A stretch of 64,000 bases of DNA from Auanema rhodensis (lineage: Eukaryota > Animalia > Nematoda). Under the pieces are notes generated by a model. It was not told the DNA's origin, made no database searches, and saw only the letters and a program-made list of their open reading frames with translations. Both the position numbers and the translations under genes were made by a program. Location: contig OZ059898.1 of assembly GCA_964057225.1 (NCBI GenBank), forward strand, positions 12,152,001-12,216,000, given 5' to 3'. Shown one piece after another: positions 1 through 12,498 of the stretch (positions are counted from its first letter, which is position 1; each line of letters begins with the position of its first letter).

Positions 1-112
1 GAGAAAGAGAGAGATAGAGAAAGAGAGAGAGAGAGAAAGAGAGAGATAAAGAAAGAGAGAGAGAGAGAGAGAAAGAGAGACACATGAATAGAAAGAGAGA
101 GAAAGAGAGCGA
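1..112. repeat. Imperfect (GA)n microsatellite
   Basis: GAGA/GAAA/GATA run at the window start. Confidence 0.95.
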
Positions 113-433
113 TACAAGAGATATAACTGCAAAAATGGAAGAAAAAAAAGAATTTCCTTATTGATATACACATGGAAGTATCGATATTCATGCATGTATA
201 AAAAAATATCGGGTTTTCAGCATAGTTTTCGAGGATTTATGAGTTTTCAGCATGGTTCTCGAGTTATAATCGGCGTACTTCTTCGAACATAAGCTAATGT
301 AAGCTTGAAAGGCAAACTTAAAAATCAGTATATGATTCATACAAACAATCAGATTATCTAATTTAGTTGAAATCAATATTCGTATCGATAATCGTAGGTA
401 ATGACTTGCAAGTATTGTATATAAATCTATTTG

Positions 434-1215
434 AGTATTAAATAATATATTGAACATATAGAGAGACAATCACTTTTTTTCTTCAACTTAATAACCGTCG
501 ACAGAAATTTATTGAACATTCTGTGAAGTAGGAGGAGCTAAGATTAAGCAGCAAAATTAACTATGTAAATGTCATAAAAAGTTTTATAATATTAAAACAT
601 AATATTTTTGCGTTTCTTTATGAAGTATTAAAAATTATTTGAAGTTACTCTTCAAATACTTCCAATGATTCAACTTCTCATCTTAGTTTTACTTCAAGAA
701 GTCCGATATACAGTCATGTGCAAAAATCTTCGGAAACCCATATGTTAGAAGCCCCAGAAAACCCCTTCAAACTACAAAAAAAAACCTTTTTCGTAAGGTC
801 ACAAAAATAGTGTTTTTTTGACTATTTTCCTATTATCCTTTTTGAGATTAGGAACATGTTAATTTATTAAAAATATTTTAAAATGATTCTGAGCAGAAAA
901 CTTGATAAATAACTAAGTTTTTATCTGCAGCATAGCTTCAAACAAGTAGGCCCCAACATCTGAATCATACTGAATATCTATCTATATCTATATTTCAATT
1001 GTGAAATTATGTTTTTTTTTTCAGAAAACTTACAATGTTTGATTGTTTTTATTTTAAAAAGTTGTTTTATTTTTATTTTTATTACTCAAAATACATTATT
1101 TTCGAATTTTTTTGTATCAAATGTTTTAAAATAAAAATTTTTATTGAATATAATAATGGAATAACTATACATTTTGTATTTATATTTCTTATAATTAGTT
1201 AAATTAATTGAAAAA
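434..1215 (+). repeat. Upstream segment of Srsx copy A, duplicated (with an internal deletion) at ~8412-8920 upstream of copy C
   Basis: Near-identical blocks in both places, e.g. agtattaaataatatattgaacatatagagagacaatc and aaacttgataaataactaagtttttatctgcagcatagc. Confidence 0.9.
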
Positions 1216-2617
1216 ATGATTCAGATGTCTGATACTTCAGTTACAATAGTTAAAGTAAGCTTGGCTCTTTTCAATGTTCTTGGTACATTTGGTAATTTAA
1301 ATATAATTATTGCAACATATAGGTATAAGGAACTGCATCATAAATGTGGTAAATATTTGTTTCATTTCATGATTTTGAAACAAAAAAAAAGGAAATAATA
1401 AAGTTTTTTCTTTATTTAGTTATATATTTCAGCAATTCTATTGGCTTTCTTAGCTCTCACAGATCTTTTATCACTTTGGTGTGAACTTCAATCGTTTATA
1501 CGTTTAGTTTTTTCATTTTATGAGACAAAACGTATTTCATGTTTTTGGTTCAACATCATCTATATCTATGTTGAACCTTTTGAAGTTTCATGCAAATTAT
1601 TGGTAGGAGTTGATCGAATCTTGGCTATAACTATACCAACTCGGTAAGAATGATCAAGATACTTCATCTGATATGCTTTCAGGTATCGTACTTGGCACAC
1701 AAAAACATATATATTGATTATAATAGCTCCTGGTGCAATATTATCTTTAATATTTCCTGTATAGTTTATAAAAATAAAATAAAATATTTAATTTATTTAT
1801 ATTTAAAGATATTTTCATATTTTCAAATGGATAAAGAGATTGTTCCAATATGTGTTCTTCCTACATCTATGCCTCCTAAAGTATCACAGTGGTGGAATTA
1901 TTTTAATTTATATTCTGGAGTTGTAACTCTTATTTTATATATTATAACTTATGTAAAATTATATTTATTTAGTAAGTTTTACTCAATTAAATTCCAGAAA
2001 ATCTTAATTTTTCCAGATCCTTTTAAAGGGGATAAACGACAAGATATAAAACATAAAAATATATTAAGTACTTTAATGGCTCAAGTTGTAAGTTTTTCAG
2101 ATATTTTCATCACAATAGAATTAAAAATATTTTACTAATTATCCTCCTTAATCCTTATTAGTTATTTTGCAGCTAATTTTCTTTTTTTCTTCCGTTTTAT
2201 CTGCACTTATCATACTCCTAGTGAGAATGATTAATGCTGAAGCTGCAGTAGAAGCTGAGTTTTTGGCTGTGATACCAGGTAAAATTGAAAAAATTACTTC
2301 TATGCTTATCATCTTCTTATTGTTAAAACAAAGTGATTGAATAATCCAATATTGAAACAACTGTTGAAGCATTATCCATTAAAATTTTCGTGAAACTAAT
2401 CCTATTAGACAGAAATATTAGACAGAAATAATAAAAAATTATTTAATTTTTCTATAATTTGTCAGGTTTAATTGCATATTCATGTAATTTCTATGTTTAT
2501 TATTGGCGTAGTACTGAATATCGTCGAACTTTTAATCGTCAACTACTATGTGGACGATTTAATGAAAAATCCTGGGCAACATCAGTAAGTAGTGTGATAA
2601 CACGAACAACTTCTTAA
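1216..2617 (+). CDS. Serpentine chemoreceptor GPCR, class Srsx (copy A), 7 exons
   Basis: Spliced ORF MIQMSDTS..GNLNIIIATYRYKELHHKC..FLALTDLL..VGVDRILAITIPTRYR..CVLPTSMPP..NFYVYYWRSTEYRRTF..TTS*; GT-AG junctions keep frame; motifs typical of 7TM Srsx. Confidence 0.9.
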
Positions 2618-4487
2618 TTCAAAATGAAACATTAAGAGTTTGTATTTCATTTATTTTATTTTTTTTTATTTGTTTTTTCTTTTAATTAATTGATTTGATT
2701 TGAAAATTTAATAAAGAATATCACCAAATATCGCATGAAAGAGCATGTTTACAACATTAGTTTGCACATTAGATCAGATAAATAGCATAAATAACATAAA
2801 CAACAACATATTTATACAATATATACTTAATTTATATATAAATAATTATATTAAATTAATAATTAAATATATCAATAACATATATATATATGAATTATTT
2901 ATTTTTCAAACTTATTTCAGATGATTCATCCCTCACATATTATGACCAACTGATATAAGAAATACTATTTCTTCTATATTTGTTAAAAAACAAATTAGTT
3001 GTTCGATTTTTCTAATAACTTAATAGTAATCATAAAAAATATTATATAATATAGTATATGAAAATAGATTAAGCTGAAAATGATTTTTGTTTATTGTGTA
3101 TTGTTCACTTAAAAATAAAATTTATATTTCTAAAAATACGTTGTATGTGTGAAAATGACGGAGTTTCAGGGAGAATGGAAAGATTTAAGTTTTCTTCGAA
3201 TTATGCCATTAGATTTTTGATTTCAGTACTGTTTTTATTCAAAAATAACTCAATAGATTGTATATGAAAAAAGTAATTATCATTCAAATGATTGTTTGTT
3301 TCAAAATAAATAATTTTATTGTTCAGAATGATTAACGAAAATTATCATTTTGGTTTAAAAAAAATGATCAATTCAAATAAAAAAATTGAAGTAACCGTTA
3401 ACTACAATTTGTTTTTTTTTCTTTCAAAAATCATGTTCATTTTTGAAATTTATTATAATATATGCATATATAGATTAAATATAATTTTATTCGTAGTATG
3501 TCACTTCACTCGAAGATGTCAATTGAAATGTTTCGTTCTATCGCTCCCGTCTGAAGTAAGAATTCAAAAATATGAGGAACGAAATAAAAAAAATTATTAT
3601 TATCTTATTTTTTTTTGAATCAATCGAAATGTTTTGAAGAGTAACATAAATCTTTGAAGATTTAAAACTTCCTATTTTACAATACTGTATCGTTAATGAT
3701 CGGTTACCATATTATTTATTTTTAAAATAATATAAACAATAATGTACTAATGTATTTTACATTAATATATATATTTATAAATATATATATATATATATTA
3801 TTTAAAACAATATTAACAAATCATTTTATTATTTTAATTATTAAATATAATTTAAATATATTAAACAAAACAAAATCAAAGATTAGAGAACATTTAGCGT
3901 CGAAATCTTAAATTGTTTCGTGTAAGATAATCATATTAGTATTTAAATTTATTTTATAAATATTACATAATAGTTATCACAATAGACTATAATTGTAAAT
4001 TTTTCAATGAAATTCTTCAGTATAATATGTTTTTCAAAAAAAATTTCAAAGATAAAGGTTTGTACTTTTATAAGTTCATGCTTATACAGTTTCTCTTCGC
4101 TTTAGTCTCTCTTGGACAGTTAAATATAGGTAAAACTGAGAGTACCAAAATCATCTAATTGATGAAAATATTATATTAATAATTATTTTCAAATAATATA
4201 TTCTAATATTTCTATAAATACTTCTACAGTAAATCAATTACGTGTTTTGAAACTTTGTAATCTTAATTCCGTATCATTTTTTTAAAAATAATTATAAATT
4301 CTTTTGTAGTTCTTATATTATATTTGCATTTTACTATTTTCTTCCTTTTAAAATCCTGACGTCAAAAAAGAAATACTATTTATGAATTATTGTCCTCTTG
4401 ATAAATGAATTATTAAACCCTTTTATCTTATAATCATATAAAGTTGTTTATAATATAATATATGTGTGCCAGCATAGTCTATTTCCT

Positions 4488-4494
<7 letters not shown>

Positions 4495-4530
<36 letters not shown>
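4495..4530. repeat. (TC)n microsatellite
   Basis: Direct inspection. Confidence 0.95.
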
Positions 4531-4535
<5 letters not shown>

Positions 4536-6173
4536 CTTTTTTTTTATAAAACTTATATTTATATGTTTTGATCTATTTTACTGATCTATGTTTAAATGTT
4601 CTTTTAGCACCTGAGAGTAGTATATAAGACAAGGAAATAAGAATTTTCAAGGTTCTTAGGTACGGTGATACAAAATCCTTATTGTTTTTTTATTTTCAAT
4701 TTATTCAAATTATTGTATAGAAATCAATTTAAATAGCACAGACTAAAGAACTAATTGAAAACACGCTACTCATTACATGTGCATGTTGAAGAAAGAAAGA
4801 ATAGTATGTTGCAGAGTGAGTTTGAAACAAATTGATCATTGATTTCATTAATCATATCATATATAGTAAATTTGCAAAAAAAAAGTATTTAATGTTCAAT
4901 TTCTAATATATGCACATACATATTGTTTTTTTTTGAAACAAACATAATTTATTCCATCTTTATGAACTTCAAGAATGAATTTTATGAAATATTGTTTCAT
5001 GAACAGTTAGTTGCTGATGTTTGATATCCCATGTTATTTCATAAGACACTAATCTTATGTGTGAACAAATATTTTGTGATGGTTTATGAAAATAATTTTG
5101 AATTTTTTTGAATTTTTAAAGTATAAACTATATATTTTTATTTTTTTTATTATTTAAAAACTAAATTTAGTAAAATTTTAGAAGATTTTATTCATTTGTC
5201 TCTCTTGATCAAATAATTAATTGAAGAATATAAAGTAACAATATCATTTAATGATAAATATTCTTTATGTTAAATATTTTAAAAACAAATTTATTCTTCA
5301 ATCATTAGTTATTGTTTTCATTTTTTTTTTTTAACAAAAGGGCTGTGATTGCATAAAGTGATAACTTTTGTATTTGCATGTATTCATGTATATATACATA
5401 TATAGATATATCTTTACATATTTATGAAAGAATTCATCCTTCTAGAAATAATTTTTTTAATTTTTATAAAATTTAATATATTTGTATAAATAATATAGTT
5501 AATGGTATAGTTTTTTTTATCAAACTTTTATACGAGAACTACTAATGTTCTGATAAAGTACGACTTAACTGGAAAACTTACGGATAAATAGTTGACTATT
5601 GCTGGTATTGCTCACAAATAATTTCGAGCTTATTCGATATATTCTCTTATATTCTGGTCTACACCTATACAAGTTGATTTCAGCTTATATTCACTTTATA
5701 TTAATTTATTATCTTTTTTTTTCAAAATTCAAACAAAACACTTAAATAATGTTGTGTATGTTTAATTTTTATTTTTCAAAACTCCTACATTACTAAAATC
5801 AAGTGATGTTATATAGTTTATATTATAAAAAAACTATCAAATAAGAATGTTGTGGGTTTTTTGATTGTTTCTGTATAACTATATACTTATAATTCTTTGA
5901 AAAATACTTTTTTTTTCCAGATCTGTTAAGAAAACAGAACAATAAATATCGCCCACTTGGCACTTGTACAACATTCAAATCTGTATTCCTGTGAGTATAT
6001 CCTAATTTGCTCAAAACATATACATATATACTATATATATCTACTTGATTAGCAGAAAAAAATAAAATTGTGCTTCTTTTTCGATATAACTACGAAACTA
6101 AAAAAAAACATTCGAAAGAAAAAAGGATAATCATGACAACAAATTTTGTTTCTTACGAACTTAGTCGTTATCG

Positions 6174-6211
<38 letters not shown>

Positions 6212-6401
6212 ATCTGCAAAGAGACCAATGTGTTTCCACAAATTCCATTTTTCTTGGAATCTTGTTCCTTTTCTTATTTATTTATTTATATAGACTGTTG
6301 ACTACAATTAGAATTATGTGTATATGTCATAATTTAGTTGTGATTTTCGATTTTCTCGCTTTTCTCGAGTTTTTTTTTCATGTTTTTGAATTAACATGAT
6401 T

Positions 6402-7861
6402 ATGATTCAGATGTCTGATACTTCAGTTACAATAGTTAAAGTAAGCTTGGCTCTTTTCAATGTTCTTGGTACATTTGGTAATTTAAATATAATTATTGCA
6501 ACATATAGGTACAAAGAATTACGACATAAATTTGGTAAATAGTTTGATTCAAATGGAAATAATTAATAATCTTTAAAGGAATTTTGTTAGCCACCTTAGC
6601 TTTGGCAGATCTGCTATGTCTTTGGAATGAGCTTCAATCCTTGACTCGTTTAGTGTATGATATACAGGATACCAAACGTCGTACATGCTTTTGGTTTAAC
6701 ATCATGTACATCTATATTGAACCTTTTGAAAATTATTCAATTATGGTTGTTGGAATGGATCGCATAATAGCTATAAGTTATCCTGGAAGGTACGATAGAA
6801 CATCAACTTGTTTACCTATCATTAATCTTTTTTAGATATAGGTCATGGAAAACAAAAACATATATATTGATTATAATAGCTCCTGGTGCAATATTATCTT
6901 TAATATTTCCTGTATAGTTTATAAAAATAAAATAAAATATTTAATTTATTTATATTTAAAGATATTTTCATATTTTCAAATGGATAAAGAGATTGTTCCA
7001 ATATGTGTTCTTCCTACAGCTATGCCTCCTAAAGTATCAAAATGGTGGAATTACTTCAGCTTATATATTGCAACTTTAACTATATTCCTATATATTCTAA
7101 CTTATGTAAAATTATATTTATTTAGTAAGTTATTAGTTAATCAAACTCTAAATTTTCACATATTTTAGATCCATTTGCCAGTGATTTGACTCAAGATAAG
7201 AGACAAAAAAGTATTATAAGTACATTAATAGTTCAAGTTGTAAGTTTATAAAATATTTTTAGAAATATAATTATAGATTAAAACATTTAAATTATAATTT
7301 ATTATTAAATTTGAAACAAAAAGATACAATTTTCTTGTGTTTGTTGACTTTTTTTGGATACGTCATCATAATTAGCATAATAACCCACGTGTAACAATTA
7401 ATATTCCTGAAACGAAATGTGGTGGGGGGAAGGTCAATATTAATTATGAATTATATACTAAATACAGAAAGGTTTTACCTTTTTTTTTTAATTGAATATA
7501 AATATAATTATTATATTATATTATAATTATAAAAATAATACTTATTTTTTTAGGTAGTTTTCTTTTTTTCTTCCGTTTTATCGTCATTTATCATACTCAT
7601 AGTGAGAATGTTTAATGCTGAAGCTGCTGAAGAAGCTGAATTTCTGGCTGTGATACCAGGTAAAATTTGCCTAAATATTATAAAAAATGTTTCTTCTTAT
7701 GTATAGGGTTGGTAGCGTATGCATGTAATTTCTATGTTTATTATTGGCGTAGTACGGAATATCGTCGATGTTTCAGACGCCAATTATGTGGTCGTGGATA
7801 TGCATTATCAAAAATATCTGTAAGTAGCATACCAATGAGAAAAGTTACAGCAATTTATTGA
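6402..7861 (+). CDS. Srsx GPCR (copy B, more diverged), 7 exons; alternative in-frame ATG at 6396
   Basis: Same intron positions as copy A; LATLALADLL..VGMDRIIAISYPGR..NFYVYYWRSTEYRRCF..TAIY*. Confidence 0.9.
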
Positions 7862-8920
7862 ATAATTTCTTATTTTTTTTCTTTCATCTTTGTTTTATAA
7901 GTTCTTCTTGTTGCATGCTCATTAATTTTATTTATTTTTTGTTAAAAAATAAAAGAAATTTATTAGAAAGAAAGATGAAGAATAATTAATGAATGAATGT
8001 ATGTATGTAATTGTGTTTTTTTAACATTTTTATTTGTTTTTTCTTTTAATTAATTGATTTGATTTGAAAATTTAATAAAGAATATCACCAAATATAGCAT
8101 GAAAGAGCATGTTTACAACATTAGTTTGCACATTAGATCATATAAATAGCATAAGTAACAGGCATTTGTTGACAATAAAAACCATATAAAGGAATATTTT
8201 TTTCCTTCTTCTTTCAGAATATGCATACAATACATACTTAATAGATGTAACATATATCTTCAGATATGCAACATAAGCTTAAATATATTTTTTAAGTTGA
8301 TATACTCTAAGCGAAATTTTTTTTTAATTTTTTACATATATTTATGTATTATATTTGTATTATGTATCTGATATTATTACCGAATTGAATTAAAATAAAA
8401 TTTTATTGGAAAGTATTAAATAATATATTGAACATATAGAGAGACAATCACTTTTTTTCTTCAACTTAATAACGGTCGACAGACATTGTATGAAGTAGGA
8501 GGAGCTAAGATTAAGCAGCAAAATTAACTATGTAAATATCATAAAAAGTTTTATAATAATGTTTTTTGACTATTTTCCTACAATCATTTTTGAGATTAAC
8601 ACAAAACTTGATAAATAACTAAGTTTTTATCTGCAGCATAGCTTCAAACAAGTAAGCTTCCGCATCTGAATCTTACTGAATATCTATCTGTATCTGTATT
8701 TCTCTTGTGAAATTATGTTTTTTTTTTCAGAAAACTTACAATGTTTGATTGTTTTTATTTTAAAAAGTTGTTTTATTTTTATTTTTATTACTCAAAATAC
8801 ATTATTTTTGAATTTTTTTGTATCAAATGTTTTAAAATAAAATTTTTATTGAATATAATAATGGAATAACTATACATTTTGTATTTATATTTCTTATAAT
8901 TAGTTAAATTAATTGAAAAA

Positions 8921-10828
8921 ATGATTCAGATGTCTGATACTTCAGTTACAATAGTTAAAGTAAGCTTGGCTCTTTTCAATGTTCTTGGTACATTTGGTAA
9001 TTTAAATATAATTATTGCAACATATAGGTATAAGGAACTGCATCACAAATGTGGTAAATATTTGTTTCATTTCATGATTTTGAAACAAAAAACAGGAAAT
9101 AATAAAGTTTTTTCTTTATTTAGTTATATATTTCAGCAATTCTATTGGCTTTCTTAGCTCTCACAGATCTTTTATCACTTTGGTGTGAATTTCAATCGTT
9201 TATACGTTTAGTTTTTTCATTTTATGAGACAAAACGTATTTCATGTTTTTGGTTCAACATCATCTATATCTATGTTGAACCTTTTGAAGTTTCATGCAAA
9301 TTATTGGTAGGAGTTGATCGAATCTTGGCTATAACTATTCCAACTCGGTAAGAATGATCAAGATACTTCATCTGATGATCAAGATACTTCATCTGATGAT
9401 CAAGATACTTCATCTGATATGCTTTCAGGTATCGTACTTGGCACACAAAAACATATATATTGATTATAATAGCTCCTAGTGCAATATTATCTTTAATATT
9501 TCCTGTATAGTTTATAAAAATAAAATAAAATATTTAATTTATTTATATTTAAAGATATTTTCATATTTTCAAATGGATAAAGAGATTGTTCCAATATGTG
9601 TTCTTCTTGCAGCTATGCCTCCTAGAGTATCAAAATGGGCGAATTATTTTAATGTATATTCTGGAGTTGTAACTCTTATTTTATATATTATAACTTATGT
9701 AAAATTATATTTATTTAGTAAGTTTTACTCAATTAAAGTCCAGAAAATCTTAATTTTTCCAGATCCTTTTAAAGGGGATAACCAACAAGATATAAAACAA
9801 AAAAATATATTAAGTACTTTAATGGCTCAAGTTGTAAGTTTTTCAGATATAACAATGGAATTAAAAATATGGAGCTTTTTCCGTTTCTATACCCCCCGTC
9901 TTAAGCCCCGCCCCTTTTGCCGTTAGGCACATACTTTTATTAAAATGTGATACCTATATGAGATACGGTGGTATCCAGATATCCACAAATGTTCCATTTT
10001 TTTTTAGAACTTTCCTTCTACAGTCTTTTATGGTACATCTCGACTTATTTCGAGCAAAAGAAAGACTCATTTTTCGTTAACATCGCTCACATTCGTTAGA
10101 CTCAAAGACTATACCTTTTTCTTGCAAGAATTGAATGGCATCAGCTTCAGTAAGAAGCCGTTCTTTTGGAGCAAACATTTAGACAAAAAATGGTTGATAA
10201 TGTAGATGCAATAACCAATAATGATTTAGTTTTTATATCATAATATATTCAAGGTTTATTACACTTATTATAGATATCCCCATAGGGGGGGAAACCCCCC
10301 CAAACCCCCCCGTTTTAGGAAGGGAAGCCGAATGGTAGAAAAGTATGCGCCCAACGGCAAAAGGGGCGGGGCTAAAATCGGGGGGTATAGAAACGGAAAA
10401 AGAACCAAAAATATTTTACTAATTATCCTCCTTAATCCTTATTAGTTATTTTGCAGCTAATTTTCTTTTTTTCTTCCGTTTTATCGTCATTTATCGTACT
10501 CATAGTGAGAATGATTAATCCTGAAGCTGCAGTAGAAGCTGAGTTTTTGGCTGTGATACCAGGTAAAACTGAAAAATTACTTCTATGCTTATACATTATC
10601 CATTAAAATTTTCGTGAAACTAATCCTATTAGACAGAAATAATAAAAAATTATTTAATTTTTCTATAATTTATCAGGTTTAATTGCATATTCATGTAATT
10701 TCTATGTTTATTATTGGCGTAGTACTGAATATCGTCGAACTTTTAATCGTCAACTACTATGTGGACGATTTAATGAAAAATCCTGGGCAACATCAGTAAG
10801 TAGTGTGATAACACGAACAACTTCTTAA
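8921..10828 (+). CDS. Srsx GPCR (copy C, near-identical to A), 7 exons, transposon in intron 5
   Basis: Exons collinear with copy A; spliced frame appears open; ends ..RTTS*. Confidence 0.88.
9355..9417 (+). repeat. 3 x 21-bp tandem repeat TGATCAAGATACTTCATCTGA in intron 2 of copy C
   Basis: Three exact units; copy A has a single unit at the same place. Confidence 0.95.
9871..10406 (-). mobile_element. Non-autonomous Merlin (IS1016/IS1595-like) DNA transposon, 536 bp
   Basis: ~68-bp imperfect TIRs with GG...CC termini; 8-bp TSD AAAAATAT (9863-9870 and 10407-10414); empty site in copy A (ttaaaaatattttact); internal transposase remnant. Confidence 0.9.
9954..10178 (-). pseudogene. N-terminal zinc-ribbon fragment of a Merlin/IS1595-family transposase
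   Basis: MFAPKERLLTEADAIQFLQEKGIVFESNECERC*RKMSLSFARNKSRCTIKDCRRKVLKKNGTFVDIW..; CxxC..RCxxxxC..GTF pattern, one internal TAA, no DDE core. Confidence 0.8.
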
Positions 10829-12498
10829 TTCAAAATGAAACATTAAGAGTTTGTATTTCATTCATTTTATTTTTTTTTGTTAAAAAATAAAAGAAATTTA
10901 TTAGAAAAAAACATTTAAAATAAATATTTTATTCGAATTAATTAATTCCGGAAGTTAATTATAAAAAAGTCAACTATATTGATTTGTATATACCATTTGA
11001 AATAGTATTGATGAGAATTAATTTCTTTTTTTCAGGTAGATAGAGAGAGAAAGTGATCTTCCTAAGATTTTAAAAGATAAAAATCCGTCAGTTTCTTCAA
11101 TCAAAATGTATAATTTATCAACTCAAATGCAGAGTATGTATGACCTTGAAATTTGCTTTTGAAAAACAGTTTCAGATTGAAATTCATAAGGAATATTTTA
11201 GCCTTCATACTCTGACTACTCAATGACTTTGATATATTATTTTCTTCAAGGAAATTAACGACGATATCTTTCACACCTTTTTCTATTTCTCTTCATATTT
11301 CATTCGACACTTCAGAATTTCTAATCGAAGTTATGAATCAGCAAAGAGTTCTGTCAATTGGACATCATGATGATAATAATGATATTACTGTAATAACTAT
11401 TTTAAGAATAAAATCATCAAAATATAAGTTTTAGTTTTAGTACTGAATTGATACATACGATGTGTGTATGTTTCAGCAATTTGTGTTTCAATTACCTTTT
11501 TTTTTTGAATTTTTCATCTCAAAATACCTTGAAAGACAATTTTCATCAATTTCATTCAAATGATTATCTTGATGGATAATCTAAATGTCTGAGAACAGTT
11601 GCGGTCACTAATTGTACTTCTTTCACTGGAGAGAACCGTGCAGTTACAGTGCTATATCGAGGAAGGAATCACCTTTCTTTCTTTCCTTAACCTCTTTTTC
11701 ATGTGATGAAATGAGTTCTACTACTGCATTTCATTTGAAAGATGTCTACTTGTTTGATATGTCTTCAAGCCCTCTATACCATTGCCTTTACCATACCACT
11801 ATCTTCGAATCCACATTGAAGAGTGATGTGTCATCAACTGGTTTCACCAATGGCCTGACCCACATGAGATGGACTATTACGCTGTCAATTCATCTTTTCT
11901 ACATCCTCACACGGAGCAGCAAATGATGAACTAAAGAAGAATTGCCTTATTTTGGTTAAATTTTTGAAAGTTGAACAAATAAAAATGCTCGAAAACGTGT
12001 ATGATGATAACAGAAGTTTGAGAAAACGTCACCAAATCTCTCGAACATTATTATCTTTCTATCTTTTTTCTCTCAATTTTCACTTATGTCGTGCTCGTCT
12101 TCTCTTCTTTTTTTCTTAACATCAGTGCTTGAACATGTTGTGGCTAGGATAGTGTACTGTTAGTCATCAACCAGACTTCGTTACAGTTCATTTTGAACGT
12201 TCCGAAATAATTTGATTTTCCTATTCGACATTGCTTGATCTCTCAATCCACTGCTATTCCTTTCAGGACATTCTATGCTATTGTCTACTGATTCATTTCA
12301 CTGATAATGAATAACCTTCAAATTGATCTTAACCTGTCAAACTCTTTCTCTCTCTCTCTCTTACGCTTTCCCCCTCCATCTAGTTAGCTCAAATTGATAA
12401 TCATTATAGCTAAATGTCTCATAATCATTAATCATATCAATTTTTTAATGATAATTTTTTATTTAAATTAATATTTATATTTCAGTTAATTACATGAT

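Noticed and set aside
9470-9485. Apparent nonsense change (cctggt>cctagt) in Srsx copy C
   Set aside because: In the true spliced frame it is GGT>AGT (Gly>Ser); the TAG is out of frame.
11612-11926. 104-aa ORF upstream of the ADAM-like gene
   Set aside because: TTG start, no motif, no phase-compatible link to the ADAM exons.
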